Origin: Camelus ferus
Lineage: Eukaryota
DNA: 64,000 nucleotides
Direction of reading: 5' to 3'
Assembly (NCBI RefSeq): GCF_009834535.1
Contig: NC_045696.1
Span: 64,420,001 to 64,484,000 of the forward strand
The translations under genes were made by a program, and so were the position numbers. Below are positions 1-12,030 of this stretch, piece by piece. The notes under the pieces were generated by a model that had not been told where the DNA came from, did no database searches, and worked only from the letters and a program-made list of their open reading frames with translations. How positions within the stretch are numbered: the first letter of the stretch is position 1; the number at the start of each line of letters is the position of its first letter.

Positions 1-74
1 TCGTATATCTGACAGCCGATCTGTATCTAGAATATGTAAAGAACTCTCAAAACTTAAAAATAAAAAGACAAATA

Positions 75-75
<1 letters not shown>
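1..75 (+). mobile_element. Old L1M fragment (ORF2 3' region)
   Basis: atatctgac...tctagaatatgtaaagaactctcaaaact is typical L1M sequence, and a similar motif occurs at 18980-19030. Confidence 0.7.

Positions 76-79
<4 letters not shown>

Positions 80-114
<35 letters not shown>
80..114. repeat. Poly(T) tract, 35 nt
   Basis: Uninterrupted T run. Confidence 0.95.
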
Positions 115-332
115 CAGAAAACAGAAACAGACACACAGACATAGAAAACAGACTTAGGGTCACTGGGCAGGGAAAGAGGGTAGGAAGCAATAAATTGGGA
201 GTTCAGGTTTTGCAGATACTAACTAATATGTGTAAAATAGATAAGCAACAAATTCATACTGTATAGCACATGGAACAATGTTCAATATTTTATAATAACT
301 TCTGGTGGAAAAGAATATGAAAATGAAGTATG
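115..332 (+). mobile_element. Cetartiodactyl/camelid-type L1 3' UTR fragment
   Basis: acagacatagaaaacagactt...ataaattgggagtt...tactgtatagcaca...gaaaagaatatgaaaa resembles the 3' UTR of lineage-specific L1. Confidence 0.75.
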
Positions 333-899
333 CTTCTCCTGGTTTAGTTATAGTGGGGACAGACTGGAGTAATAGGAAAATGTTTCTGAGAAGTTTTCCC
401 AATAGGATACAGAATAAATTGTGCTGTTGTTTTCCAGTTTCCTAAGTATATGTATCGACATCCTCAGTCACCTGAAAACAAGCTCTGAAGCTGTGGAACC
501 AGTCCCACCCGAGGAGCTAAAAAGGCTGCCCCAGAATGAGAAGCAACAAGCATCAGCAAGCAAGTGGATGAGGAATTTATTAGCTGGCCTGGAAGACTGG
601 GAACAAAGGAGGCCATAGAAATCATCAGCTTCCCTGAAGTCACCTTCAGGTCAATGCATTCTAAATTCATGCCCCCAGTAAATGAGCCAAACCCCTGGGC
701 TGCGGCAGAGACTACACCAGTCACGGCTGCGGGGAAAGAAAGGAGAAGGACATCATGATGCCCATGTCAAGGGATCTCCCACCGAGCCAAAGGATCAGGC
801 CAAGCACCCTACAAACAGCAGACTAAGCAGAAAGACCATGTCGCGAGGCATGTGAACCTGGGCCAGTTTCTGACCTCTTTGAGCCTCTGTTTCCTCAAT

Positions 900-1416
900 G
901 CCCCTCGCTCACTGTGCTCCAGGCACACTGGCCTCCTGCTGCTCCAATGCACCACGTTCTTTCTTGCCTCAGTGCCCTTGAACATACAGTTTCCTCTGTC
1001 TGGGACAATTTACCCTTCTTCCATTTCAGGTCATGTCCTCAGAGAAGCCTTACTAGACCCTTATAGATAAGACCAATTCCCCACTTCATCCTCTGGCACC
1101 TCCGCCCCGTTACTGTCTATTACATACCTTGATTTTTTCTTTACTAAAAGTTCATCACAATCTATAACGATGACTTTTTGTTTGTTTACCTGCTCACCGT
1201 CTGTTTTCCAACAGCATATAAACTTTTTAAAGGGTGTATGAATAATAGATCAAACTTTTAAAAAACCGGTAAAATAGCCACAGTATAAAAATTTATCATT
1301 AACAAAAATTAACTTTTTGAGAGCAAGAACCTTATCAGTTTTCTCTGTACCCCAGTGCCAAAAAGAGTATGTGGCAGGTCCTAAGCACTCAAAATCTATT
1401 TGTTGAATTGATGAAT
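900..1416 (+). mobile_element. L2 3' fragment, lying between two halves of a MIR (~850-899 and ~1829-1890)
   Basis: cctcgctcactgtgctccaggcacactggcctcc ... ends in gcactcaaaatctatttgttgaattgatgaatg (L2 tail). Confidence 0.75.
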
Positions 1417-1463
1417 GTGTAATAGAGAAGAACCTTTGTATTCTAAGTTAATCACTGAAGGGG

Positions 1464-1828
1464 TGTTACCTGTAAGCTTACGTATACATGATGGCCCATG
1501 TCTGGGAACCAAGCATTAAGCTAAAATAGCTTTGTCTAGCTCACAGGAAACATCCTGACCAGGCCCACCTATGAATGGCTGCAGGAAGGAAGAAATTAAC
1601 CCATTCCCTCCAGAGTCTGGCCAGAACCAGGATTTTACTCCCTCCCTTTTAATATAAAACAAACCTGAATTCTAAGTCAGGGAAGATGGTTCTTTAGGAC
1701 ACTAGGCTACCATCTACTTCTAGGTCCACTGGCTTTCTGAATAAAGTCGCTATTCCTTGCCCCAATGACTGGTCTCTCAATTATTGGTCTGTTATGTGGC
1801 AAGCAGTACAAGCTTGGACTTGGTAACA
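1464..1828 (+). mobile_element. Solo LTR, ERV1 class, MER41-like
   Basis: TGTTAC...GTAACA inverted termini; TATA-like aatataaaa (~1651); AATAAA at 1740 within aataaagtcgctattccttgccccaa, a MER41-type 3' motif. No clean TSD. Confidence 0.75.
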
Positions 1829-2545
1829 AATGGAACATTATAAGGAGGATAATTCCTACCCTGCCTACTTCGCAGAACTCTTATATGAGAGAACAATGAC
1901 TCCGAGACACTGCTCACTCAGAAGTCTAAAGGTGTATTATTTTCTGTGTGATGTAGCTCGGAGCTCAATGCTGATTGCGTAATGAACACAATTGAAATGG
2001 GGCTGAACAGATCAGGGCCAGTTTCCTAGAGTCAGGGCAGAGTCTAAATGGCTGCAAGGAATCGCACCTTGCCTGCCTGTACATGCCTGGATCTAACGTT
2101 GAGCTCTTTCCCCTTGTGGCTTCACAGGTAATCACGTCACTGCTGTCTCTTATTAAGGATGTTCCCTCCCTTTCCCTCAGAAGAGCAGGCAGGGCTGGCA
2201 TTTCTGAAGAAGCACCAGAGGAGTACAAGTTTAGGCACATTTGGAGAATCCTGATGACTGTGTGTTTTTCCTGGAAGGGCTCGCAGTTTGCAAATCTTCT
2301 TCTCTGCATTTAAAAAACGACAGTATTGAGGCCAAGCTAGCAATGAGCCCCGCAGAAGGACAAGCCCTCAGTGTTGCTGAGAATATGGGACCTCACTCAC
2401 CACCTCTAACCCTTGAGGCTTGTGGGAGGAAACTGGCTTTCTCTTGAAACCAGAAGGCAAAATGCCTTACCTAGGCAAATGCCACTTACAGAGATAGGAA
2501 CACTGGGAGTGGGGTGGAAGGTAAGAACTCAGGAAGCACCAAAAA

Positions 2546-2691
2546 ACAGACTCAAATTGAAAAAAAAAAAATGTAAATAAAATAATGTTCAAATCAACAA
2601 GACTCAAGTTTAAAGAAGTAAACAAAATAATGTACAGATCAACAAGACACAAATTGAAAAACAAATGTAAACAAAATAATGTGCGAATTGA
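2546..2691. repeat. Degenerate minisatellite, 3 units of ~45-51 bp
   Basis: Each unit reads acaagac(t/a)caaattgaaa...tgtaaacaaaataatgt...atca; units start at 2546, 2597 and 2642. Confidence 0.85.
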
Positions 2692-4379
2692 CAGGAGTTG
2701 GCATGGTAAGAAAAATCCTGAAAAGGGTGTCAGAGAGACAGGTGTCTCGCCTCTGGACCTCACTGTGTGATTCCATACAAGTTATTTCCCATGATAACTG
2801 GGTTTGGCCTTTGGATAAAAAATGAGGAACTCGGGTTAAACCATCCCTCAGTTCCCCTCTGGTTTTGCTATTCTGATGAAACATATTCTTCCTGTGAAAG
2901 TGGCAGAGTCAGGAGTCAGGGAGAGCCTTTGACCACATTTGTTTAATCACCTTAACTGCATTGAGAATTTAGGGCTCAGGACTCTCCTGACCTCATTTAA
3001 TCTGGTGCTTCAATCAGGGTTCTTATTTGTAAAATTAGGGGTGGGGGCACCACCTATGACAGATTTAAGTTAAAAAGGAGCTCATTGAAAGGAAAGCACC
3101 TCACTGACTCACAAGAAGCCTGCAGAAACAGGAGGGGCAGTGGGACCTGCGGTCAGTCAGGACCACAGCCATCACATTACCCATCCGGTGCCCTGAGGAC
3201 CCCACACTTCTTCCACAAACACTGGATGCCAAGGGGGCACCGCTGTACACTTCAACCTTGACACAGGAGATCACAGTGGTCAATCCTGGATGCTGCGGCA
3301 GTTGCCACCACCACCTGCCTCTGGAGTGGACTTTTGGCTGGGCCTGAACCCAGCAAGTTCCAATATTCCAGTTTGGTCTCAGTGACTGAGTCAAATGGCC
3401 CTTGCTTCCATCATATAACTAGTTCTAGGCCCAGGAGAAATTGTGAAGTGAATATTTGGGTTTTTCAATGTCTATAGTTGGAGATAAGTTTCATCTCCCA
3501 CCAAGATTTATGAGTGGAAAATTCCTCAACAGATGCAAGGGTTCAGATATGTGGCAGTCACAAAAAGACCAATATTTAAAACATCTAAAGTATTTACCAG
3601 TACTATCTTTTCTAATCAGGAAAAGAACATGCCTCCACATAGTGCCTCATATCATTGAGGACTCCGACTTCTAAAATCTAGACCTGGGAAATAATTCAGG
3701 TCTAATTCAACCTCTTTTGTTTTCCAGATGAGAAAAGAGGGATTTAGAGAGGGATGATAACCAGCCCAAGTTCACAGCTGGACCAGAACCCAGGTTTCCT
3801 GTTCGGGATCCAGTTGTCTTTCTATTACCTCAGGCAGCCTTCCAAGACAAAGAACAGAATCCCATCTTTCTCAGATTAGATGTGATGCCAAATGTTCATA
3901 AAGCATATTTATTTTTGCAACTTAGCTTGATTTGACTTATGGTGAAGATTTTGAGAGTAAACAGATGTAGACATGATTCCTCCCCCTGAAGATTCAGATT
4001 CAATTCATATTTATTAACCACCCATTACAATAGCAGACATTAAGCTGGTGTTTTCCTTAATGCAGCAGGAAGTGCAGGGGTCTGCTTAGACCTGAGGAAC
4101 ACCTGGTAATGAGGACTAGAGCCCTGCAGAGTTCCTCTTGCCATCTGTCACTTCCGTTTCTCTCTAATCATCATTTTATTCTTTTTGATAGATACCTCTG
4201 CATCTGGTCCTCTTGGCTGAAAACAGGATCTGTAACAGCTGTGGAAAATTATGTTACAGTGTCAGTAAATGGCCTAGCTCCCTTGGTTCCAGTACCAAAT
4301 TCCCAAGGAAGAAACAATTGACCCATCCCTAGGTGTCCATCCCTAGCTCATCAGCTGTAGCCCTGAGTCAGAAGCATGG

Positions 4380-6346
4380 ACAGAGGAGGCCTCATTTAGA
4401 AGAGGGTATGTGAATTGAATTATGAAGGAAGAGAGGGAGCACGTCATGAGGCTATGGGGTAGAAGCATTCCTGGCAGGAAAACAGTAAGTGCAAAGGCCC
4501 TGAGGTTGGAATGTGCCTTTCGTGTTCAAGAAATAGCCAAAAGGTTGAAATGGCTCCATCAGAGAGTGAGAGAAAGGAAGTCAGGAGATGATGTCTATGA
4601 GGTGAGAGGAGCCAGATCATGTAGGGCTTGGGCTTTGTAGACCACTGTAAGGATTTTGGCTTTGACTCAGAGTGAAATGGGAAGCCATTTGGTGGTTTTA
4701 AGACCACAAGTAACATAATCTCATATATGTCTATTGTGTTGACAGGGTGGTAAGAAAGCAGGGTGGTAGTGAGGAGGCAGTCAAATTTTGGATTTATTTT
4801 GGATATGAGTGATGAGAAAAAGAGATTTAATAATGAGCTTTGACCTGAGCGGCTAGAGTTGCCATGTGCTATGATGGGCAAGACTAGAAGAGAAGCAGGT
4901 GAAGGTAACTCAGAGTTCAGTTTGGGGCATGTTAAGCCTGAGATGCTCTTTAGACATCCAAGTGGACATTGAGGCGGACATTTCAGTCGGCTGAATGAAT
5001 ATTGAATTCATGTGAGAGGCTCTGCTGGAGATATGTATTTTGGAATTGTCAATACATACATGGTACTTAAAGCCTTGAAACTGAATTATATCGTCTTGAA
5101 AGTGAATATCAACAGAGACAGAATGAGGGCAGAGGAGTGATCCCCAAAGTAGTCCAATATATAGGACGAACTGCAAAGGATATTAAACAGGAGTGTCTGG
5201 TGAGGTAGGAAGGAATCTAGGAGAGAATGGTGTTGAAGTGAGAAAATGGTTTCAAGAAGGTGGGAGTGATTAAGAGAGTCAATGGTTCCTGATACTTCAA
5301 TCCAGATAAGACTACCAGATTTATCAAAGTGGAAGTCATGAGAACCTTTCTAACTTTTGTTTTATTTAAGAAGTGGTGGGACCAAAATTCAAGCTCAGCA
5401 AATAAAAGGGAGAAAATGGGGAGAGAGAAATCAAAGACAGCTAGTATTCTCCGGCAAATTCTGCTATAGAAGTGAACAGAGAAGTACCGTGGTAAGTGGA
5501 GGTCCGGAGAGATTTGTTTTTCAGATTCTAGTATTAAAGCAGCTTTGTGTGCTCATGCCAATGATACAGCTGAGAGGAGAAAATCGATTGCATGGGAGAG
5601 AGAAGGGAGAAATATTGGAGGGACATCCCTGTGTAGGTGAGATATGATGGGGTTCAGGGCATTAGTCTGAAAGATGGCCTTAGAGAAGAGAGGAGGATGG
5701 AAGTGAACCATATGGTACCCACACCATGAAGTGGTAGATGTAGTGGTAGAAACAACTGGAAGTTCCTCTCTTTCTCCCGGTTCCCTTTTCCAAATGAAGT
5801 AAAAAGGAAGGTCATCAGCTGAAAGTCAGGACAGAGAAAGAGATCTTGGAAGTTTGAGGAGAAAGAAGAGAGTGTGAAACATAAGCAAATCAGAGATTAG
5901 ATGTACCAGGGAAATTTAATCATATTTCCAGGTTTCACTAAGGCCCTTTTGAAATGTGTGATTTTGAATTTAAAGTGATTCCTGACAGCATGGTTAATGG
6001 TTAATTTCCAGGTACCTTTAGATGCAGTGCGCAGTCACAGTGTAGGTGGAGCACTGAATTTAACCAGCTTTGGGGTCTGGCCAGGCACATTTGCTGAAGG
6101 GAGACGGGGAGGGTAGTTGAAGATGTTGAGAAGGGATGATTCTAATAATGGACTGTGGAAACCATGCTGAGTAAAGTGGGAGAAGAGGACATGAAGGGAT
6201 ACAAAAAAAAGCAACAAGGTAGAAGGACTGATGATTGTAGATCTCAGTGGGGTTCAAAATTGTTAGAGGTGGAATATAAGAAGGAGTAAGCTGCAAATAT
6301 GCAAGGTTAAATCAGAGAGTGAAATGCATATGAGATATTGAAATCA
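4380..6346 (-). mobile_element. Long (~2 kb) L2 remnant
   Basis: Antisense L2 motifs: gcattcctggcagg...gtgcaaaggccctgagg, gagccagatcatgtagggc, gagttcagtttggggcatgttaag, agacatccaagtgga. Confidence 0.85.
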
Positions 6347-6361
6347 AGAGTTATGATTAGG

Positions 6362-6464
6362 TGAAAACAAATATGTATGTATATGTATGACTGAAGCATT
6401 ATGCTGTGCACCAGAGATTGACACAACATTGGAAACTGACAATATTTCAGTTTAAAAAAAAAAG
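6362..6464 (+). mobile_element. 5'-truncated camelid-type L1 3' end with poly(A) and 15-bp TSD
   Basis: tatgtatgactgaagcattatgctgtgcaccagagattgacacaacatt...A10; TSD agagttatga(t/c)tagg at 6347-6361 and 6465-6479. Confidence 0.9.
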
Positions 6465-6531
6465 AGAGTTATGACTAGGAATGGGCATAATTTAAGTAGT
6501 TTCCCTTAGATCTTGTGAGTGGAGAAGTCCG

Positions 6532-6617
6532 TTTCCACTCCAATCTATCTGATTGCAATGACTTGGCCATCGTCTTTCCATTCCAATCTATCTGATTGCA
6601 ATGACTTGGCCATCGTC
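6532..6617. repeat. 43-bp tandem duplication (1 mismatch)
   Basis: tttcca(c/t)tccaatctatctgattgcaatgacttggccatcgtc at 6532-6574 and 6575-6617. Confidence 0.97.
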
Positions 6618-8009
6618 AAACTTCTCCTCATGTAACCATCAATACTAATATCTTCTCTGCCTTCTGGCATTCGTGTTCCCTCCCATTCCCCCTTTTCTCC
6701 TAATTTCCTCATCGGAGAACGTGTCCTACATTCATAACAGGAAGCTGAGGCTCAGAGAGGTTGAGACATTGTTTAAGATACAAAAACTAAGCAGAATCAT
6801 TTGCTACCTAAGAGGTAGGATGAGAAACATGCCAAAGAGCCAGAAGCCAGACTCAAGACAAAAATGTCTCATGTGAAGGAAATAGCAGTGGTGCAGGGCT
6901 CAAACCAGGCAAGAGCAAGTTTTTTGGCAGCCCAGCTGTCTCAGAGCATCTTTCAGTGTCCTCTCATCTGCCTCTAAATGTTGTGCAATAAGGGGTTGAC
7001 AAGGGTGGGAAGATTGAAAGATTTAATAGCAATTTTGTAAAGGTCAATGCAAAGTGCTTTACAATTGTTCATCTTTATCTTTCAAGTCCTGTTTTTGAGA
7101 AACAGGAAGAAAACTAAACAGGAAAAGTACATGAAAATCCCCAACAGGATCCAATTAAATAAAAATAGTGCTGACAGGAAACAAACATCTTAAAACTTTA
7201 AAGTGGGGCAGAGGATGATACAGACCGAGAAATCCTGCAGGACTGACTACTTTTCATTGCTACTGAAGTAATGAATTCCTGTTAAATGGAACAGTGGCCA
7301 GTGTTTGAGCAACAGCTTGTCACCTACTTGAAACCCCTTTCTGTTATTTCCCCACAAACTGCTATCTGCCAACACCTGTAAAGGAAGGGGAATCAGTCTT
7401 GGCAGGACCTCTGTTCTAGTGGCCAAGCTATACCATCAGTTCTTGGCCTAGGAAGCAAATGCCTAAAAATAATAGCAAGCATTTATTGAGAGTTATTGTG
7501 TGTGAGACCCTGGGCTAAGGATTTCACATACAAGATTTAAAAAGAGCTAGAAAAACTGCCATATCTGAAAAGCTCCTCCTTCCTTTAAACCATTCCTACT
7601 TTATCAGTTCTAAGCCTTGATGAGCTTTTAGTGCCTCAAGTTTAAGTGAACATTTATAGAAGGCTACTGTGTGGGGGTGTCCAGATTATCACTGTGAGTG
7701 CAGAGATCAACAAGACAGATCCTTCCAGAAGCTAATAATCTGGTTAAATATTAAAGTTAGGATTTGTTAAAACTGTACTATATCATTGCCTATTGTGTGT
7801 TTCTTAGTAAAAAAGACACTTGAATGGAAGTCAACAGCCTTCATTCCTACTCCCTCTGCCATCAACTTAATCATCTGTGAAGATGACAGGTGAATCATTT
7901 CCCCTCTTTGAAACCCAACTGCACTTCTCAAAAGGGATACTTTGACCCATGATCCCTATATTCTCTCCCAATGCTGACAATCTCTGAGTCAACTGCTATT
8001 TTATTTTTA

Positions 8010-8185
8010 TTTATTCAACAAACATAGCACTATGGGCCAGGCACTGTGCAAATATTAACCTACTTATTCCTCATAACAATTCTATTATGTAGCTACTATA
8101 ATTACCTCTAATAATATAATTATATTAGCCTTATATGATACTATTATTATCCCCTTTTACAGATGATGAAACTGAGGCACAGACT
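8010..8185 (-). mobile_element. MIR
   Basis: ttattatccccttttacagatgatgaaactgaggcacaga (MIR core, antisense). Confidence 0.8.
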
Positions 8186-11100
8186 CATTTAAAATACTTT
8201 AGATATTTTTACCCTTGAGACACATAGAATTCATTTACTTTTGCTTTGCTGGGTGATTTTTGAAGAGTCTTTGAAATTTCAGGACAGGTACAATTAGGTT
8301 ATCAGTTTTGCAGAATCTGTTTCCTATGTGTAGAACCACAACCCTCATCTGCCAGAGATGGTGGAGCAATGCGGAGTCGGTGTCACAGCCACAGACACAC
8401 ACACTGGAGCACCTCGTGCATGTCCCTTCCGTCCCCCAGCACCTACAATATTTCTTTCCCTCTCTTTAATAAGAAAAGGTATGTGGAAGTGCCTAACGTA
8501 GAAATCGGCTCATTTTACACTAAAAAAACAAAAAAAAATCCCTTTCCCTCTTTCCATTTCTTCCTCCTTCCCTCCCTCCGTCTTTCCTTCCTCTCGCACT
8601 CAGCCTTTCAACCCCACCACTTTTGTAGTGATGTTCTTTTTTGCCTTTCTAGTTATTTTCCACACAAAAGCGATTGCTAATTTCCACCCCTAAACTGGCT
8701 ATGTATCTGTACCACGTGATTCCAGACTCCTCCCCCATCTACTTTCAGAGTCCGTTTATCTACCAGTGCTAAGATCACTCTGCCCCTGGATCCTGTAATC
8801 TGATCTCCAGGGCTCCCCTTCCTGCTACACAAGTTCCCTCTCCCTGCCTGCCTGTCCCAGCCATTCCATCAGAAAGATGTTGCTTCTGCGCTTTGAAATT
8901 TCTGCGTAAAAGGACTCTGTAAGCACCAGTCTCGTTGACCTGATCTAAACTTTCTCAACCTATCTGACGGCACAGAGTAAAATTTTATCAATGTGAGTTC
9001 ATTGAAATATTATCAAATGGTGGTCAAAAGACAGCAGTTTTAGACACAGCAGCCTGTGCAGAGCAACAGTTTTTTATTACTAGTCACTTGATTTAAAGTA
9101 CTGATATTTGCAACTTTTCAGAAATCAAAGAGGAGGCAAGACGATGCTTAGATTAATGTGACTCTCACTGGCATTATGATGTCATTCCTGAGTGGTAGGG
9201 ACAGAGGACGCTGTACTGCTCTCTCCAGCATTGCTTTCAACCCTGAACCCTGGCTATGCCCATGGGAGAGCCTCATTCAAGTGGGCAGCATCTATCAAAT
9301 GTCTCCTAGTGGGAAAAAGGTTTCAAACTACTGGGGAAGAGGAAAGAGCATGGACTTTAAGTCTAAAGATTTGGGATTAGATCCAAGCTTTTCATTTACT
9401 CATAGTTTAACTTTGGGCAACTCACTGCTTCCATTTAAATCTTGTGGGGGTTTTTTTCATCTGTAAAATAAAGAATTTGGTATACTAATCCCTGAGGTCC
9501 CTAATGCTTTAAAGTTCCACAATTGCATGATTCTAAGCATATAGTCTAAATTATCCAAATGTCTGATTTTGTCAAATTGCATATAACAGCAGCAATGTCT
9601 AAACTCCCTACTAAGTGGCTCTCAGTGTGTACCACTGTGATAGGGAGGGTCTGAGGACATGAAGAGAAATATAAAACATGGTTCCTTTTCTTCCAGGAGT
9701 TTTGATCTATTTGTGGAGAGGAAAACTGATAAGGATAAGTAGCATGAATAAATGGGAAATGAAATTATTCTAACTCTAGTTAGACTGACTATTCAGAATC
9801 ATAATTGAGATCTGGAGTGATCATAATATTGGCTGTAAGCTGAACTTTACTGAATGGGCAGCTTTTGATTAGGGGACAAAAGAAAAGGCTTCGGGCTAGA
9901 AGGAAAGCAAATAATGAGGATTTGAAAGGACATGTGGAAAACGTGTTTGGATAGTAAGAGTTGGACTATATTAAGGAGGGTTTAGCGAAAGCTAGGCAGA
10001 AAATTTCAGATTTGTTTCCGTGAATGACTGGATGCCTTTAAAGATTTCTTTGAGCAGATAAGCAATATGTATAAACCAAATAACAAGGAAAAATGACCAA
10101 ATGTATATTTCTCCTGAAAGTCTCAAATGTGGCAGATTTCCAGAGGCAAGAGCTTGGTAGGAATTTTTAAAAATAATAAAAGAAAATGAATGGAATGAAG
10201 ACCCTGCCTCTCATTTTCCGGTGCTCTGAGAGCAGCTCAGAGTTTTAATTGCCTGTTAATTAACACTGCATGGGGAGGGAAGTGACTGCTCAGGTAACCT
10301 GGCCCCAAGCCACACAGAGCTTTACAGAATCATTCCAACACCTTGAGCTGCCCTTGGAAATGAACAGGCAGTCCTGTTAGGCTACTCAGTCCATAGCAGA
10401 GTACCCATACCCAGTGTTCACCTAAAAGAAGGTTGGACCTTCATGTGAGCCCGCAGATATTTCTGGGTGGTTTTAAAAGAGAAGTTTGATGCTGAAATCT
10501 CATTAGGAGATGTGAAAAGATAAATTTCTTTCCTCGAGCCTCAGTCTCTCTGCTAAAACGATTTTCACTGGGGCACCCTAGAAATTTTTCAGCAGAAAGT
10601 TGGAGCCGCAAGTGTTAGACCTGGAATTGCTGTTAGATACCAATTTGGTTTGTCTCATAAGGAAATCAGCCCAGAGTGGAGAAGGGAGTTTTTCAAGGTC
10701 AAATTTTATGTAATGACCCACAGGATTAGACCCCAGTTTTCCCAGCTCCCAGGCAAATGTGATTTCCAGGTCATCAGATAGCCTTTCATATTGCTTGTTG
10801 AATTAAAGAAGGAATTGTAGGCAATCTTTGAGATCAATGTGGTCATTAGCACTGATGAAGGAGAGAATGGGAGTGGGGTCTCTAGTTCCTTGAAATGCTC
10901 ATGCCTGTAAGATACTCTTTGTGAAAAAGATTCCCCAGTTCTGCCAGTTCACTAGCTATTACTGCAAAGTGGAGGAAGACCTTAATGTTATTGACCTTGA
11001 AAGCAAAAGTTAGATTACTCCTTGACAAATCAGCTTCTAGATCTCTGGATATTGTAATAAAAACATCCAATTTAAAATCCGGTTTTCAAGTTACCCCTTC

Positions 11101-11295
11101 TTGCTCCCCAGACTCCTTTTGCACCACACTACTTCTTTTCGCTGTAGGACTTCAGACTTTTTAACTTACCCTGTGACTTTTTATTAAGCTTTTTGCATGT
11201 TACCTGACTCCTCACACTAGAATCCAAGTTCCACCAAGGATCTCTGTCTGCTCAGTCCATATATGTATTGAAAGGACCTGGAGTGCTCAATAAAT

Positions 11296-11420
11296 TTTTT
11301 TTTAATTTTTGGGGGGTGGAGGTAATTAAGTCTTTTTTTTTTTTTTAATGGAGGTACTAGGGATTGAACCCAGGGCCTTGAGCATGCCCTCTACTACTGA
11401 GCTAAATCCTCCCCACCCCC
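11296..11420 (-). mobile_element. vic-1-type camelid tRNA-derived SINE (small internal deletion) inserted in an L2 tail
   Basis: ggaggtaattaag...aatggaggtactagggattgaacccaggg...ctctactactgagcta; flanked by ataaat(a)tttt repeats. Confidence 0.85.
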
Positions 11421-11789
11421 ATAAATATTTTAAATGAATGACTAACAACTGGATCTACCACTTACTTTGAACAATTAGCAGACACTTAAGTCGTGGCTTC
11501 TTACCTGTAAAATGAGCAGAATAATTCCCACCTAACAGGGATGTTATGAGGATTGATATAAGAAATATCTTGCACAGTAGTGGAACTTTTTTTTTAATTG
11601 AAGTATAGTCCCTTACAACGTGTAAGGTTGTACTCCTTGACTACTGTTTCTCTTCCACGAGAAATTTGAAATCATGAACACCCATCTCTCAGCCGTCTCA
11701 CCCCTTTACAGACTCAAACCACACCAGGTACTAGATTTTCCTACTAGATGCCTTCACATTCTTCTGTGGCTTTAGACAGTAATGATGGG

Positions 11790-12030
11790 ACTTGGTGGCA
11801 TATTGGGTAGAGGCAGTACTGGTAGCGTGGGCCCGGGGAAGAAGCCCTGGCTTTAGAAACGGATCCAGTGCTGAGTCTTGCCTCTGCTACTGTCTAGCTA
11901 TATGACCCTGGAAAGTGATCTCACTTCTCTGAGCCCCAGTTTCCTCCTATGCAGAACGGGGATAATACTTTACAGAGTCAGTGAGAGTTGCAGAGGACAT
12001 CATGTTTGTAAATTACCTCTATAATCATAG
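11790..12030 (+). mobile_element. MIR
   Basis: tgaccctggaaagtgatctcacttctctgagccccagtttcctcctatgcagaacggggataat. Confidence 0.75.

Noticed and set aside
2546..2691. Possible CRISPR-like repeat-spacer array
   Set aside because: Whole units are homologous, with no unique spacers or cas genes, in a mammalian context.
4444..4881. 145-aa minus-strand ORF
   Set aside because: Lies inside a decayed L2; chance or residual open frame.
11587..11625. Tiny antisense L1 tail (ttttaattgaagtatagtc)
   Set aside because: Too short to delimit and no clear TSD.
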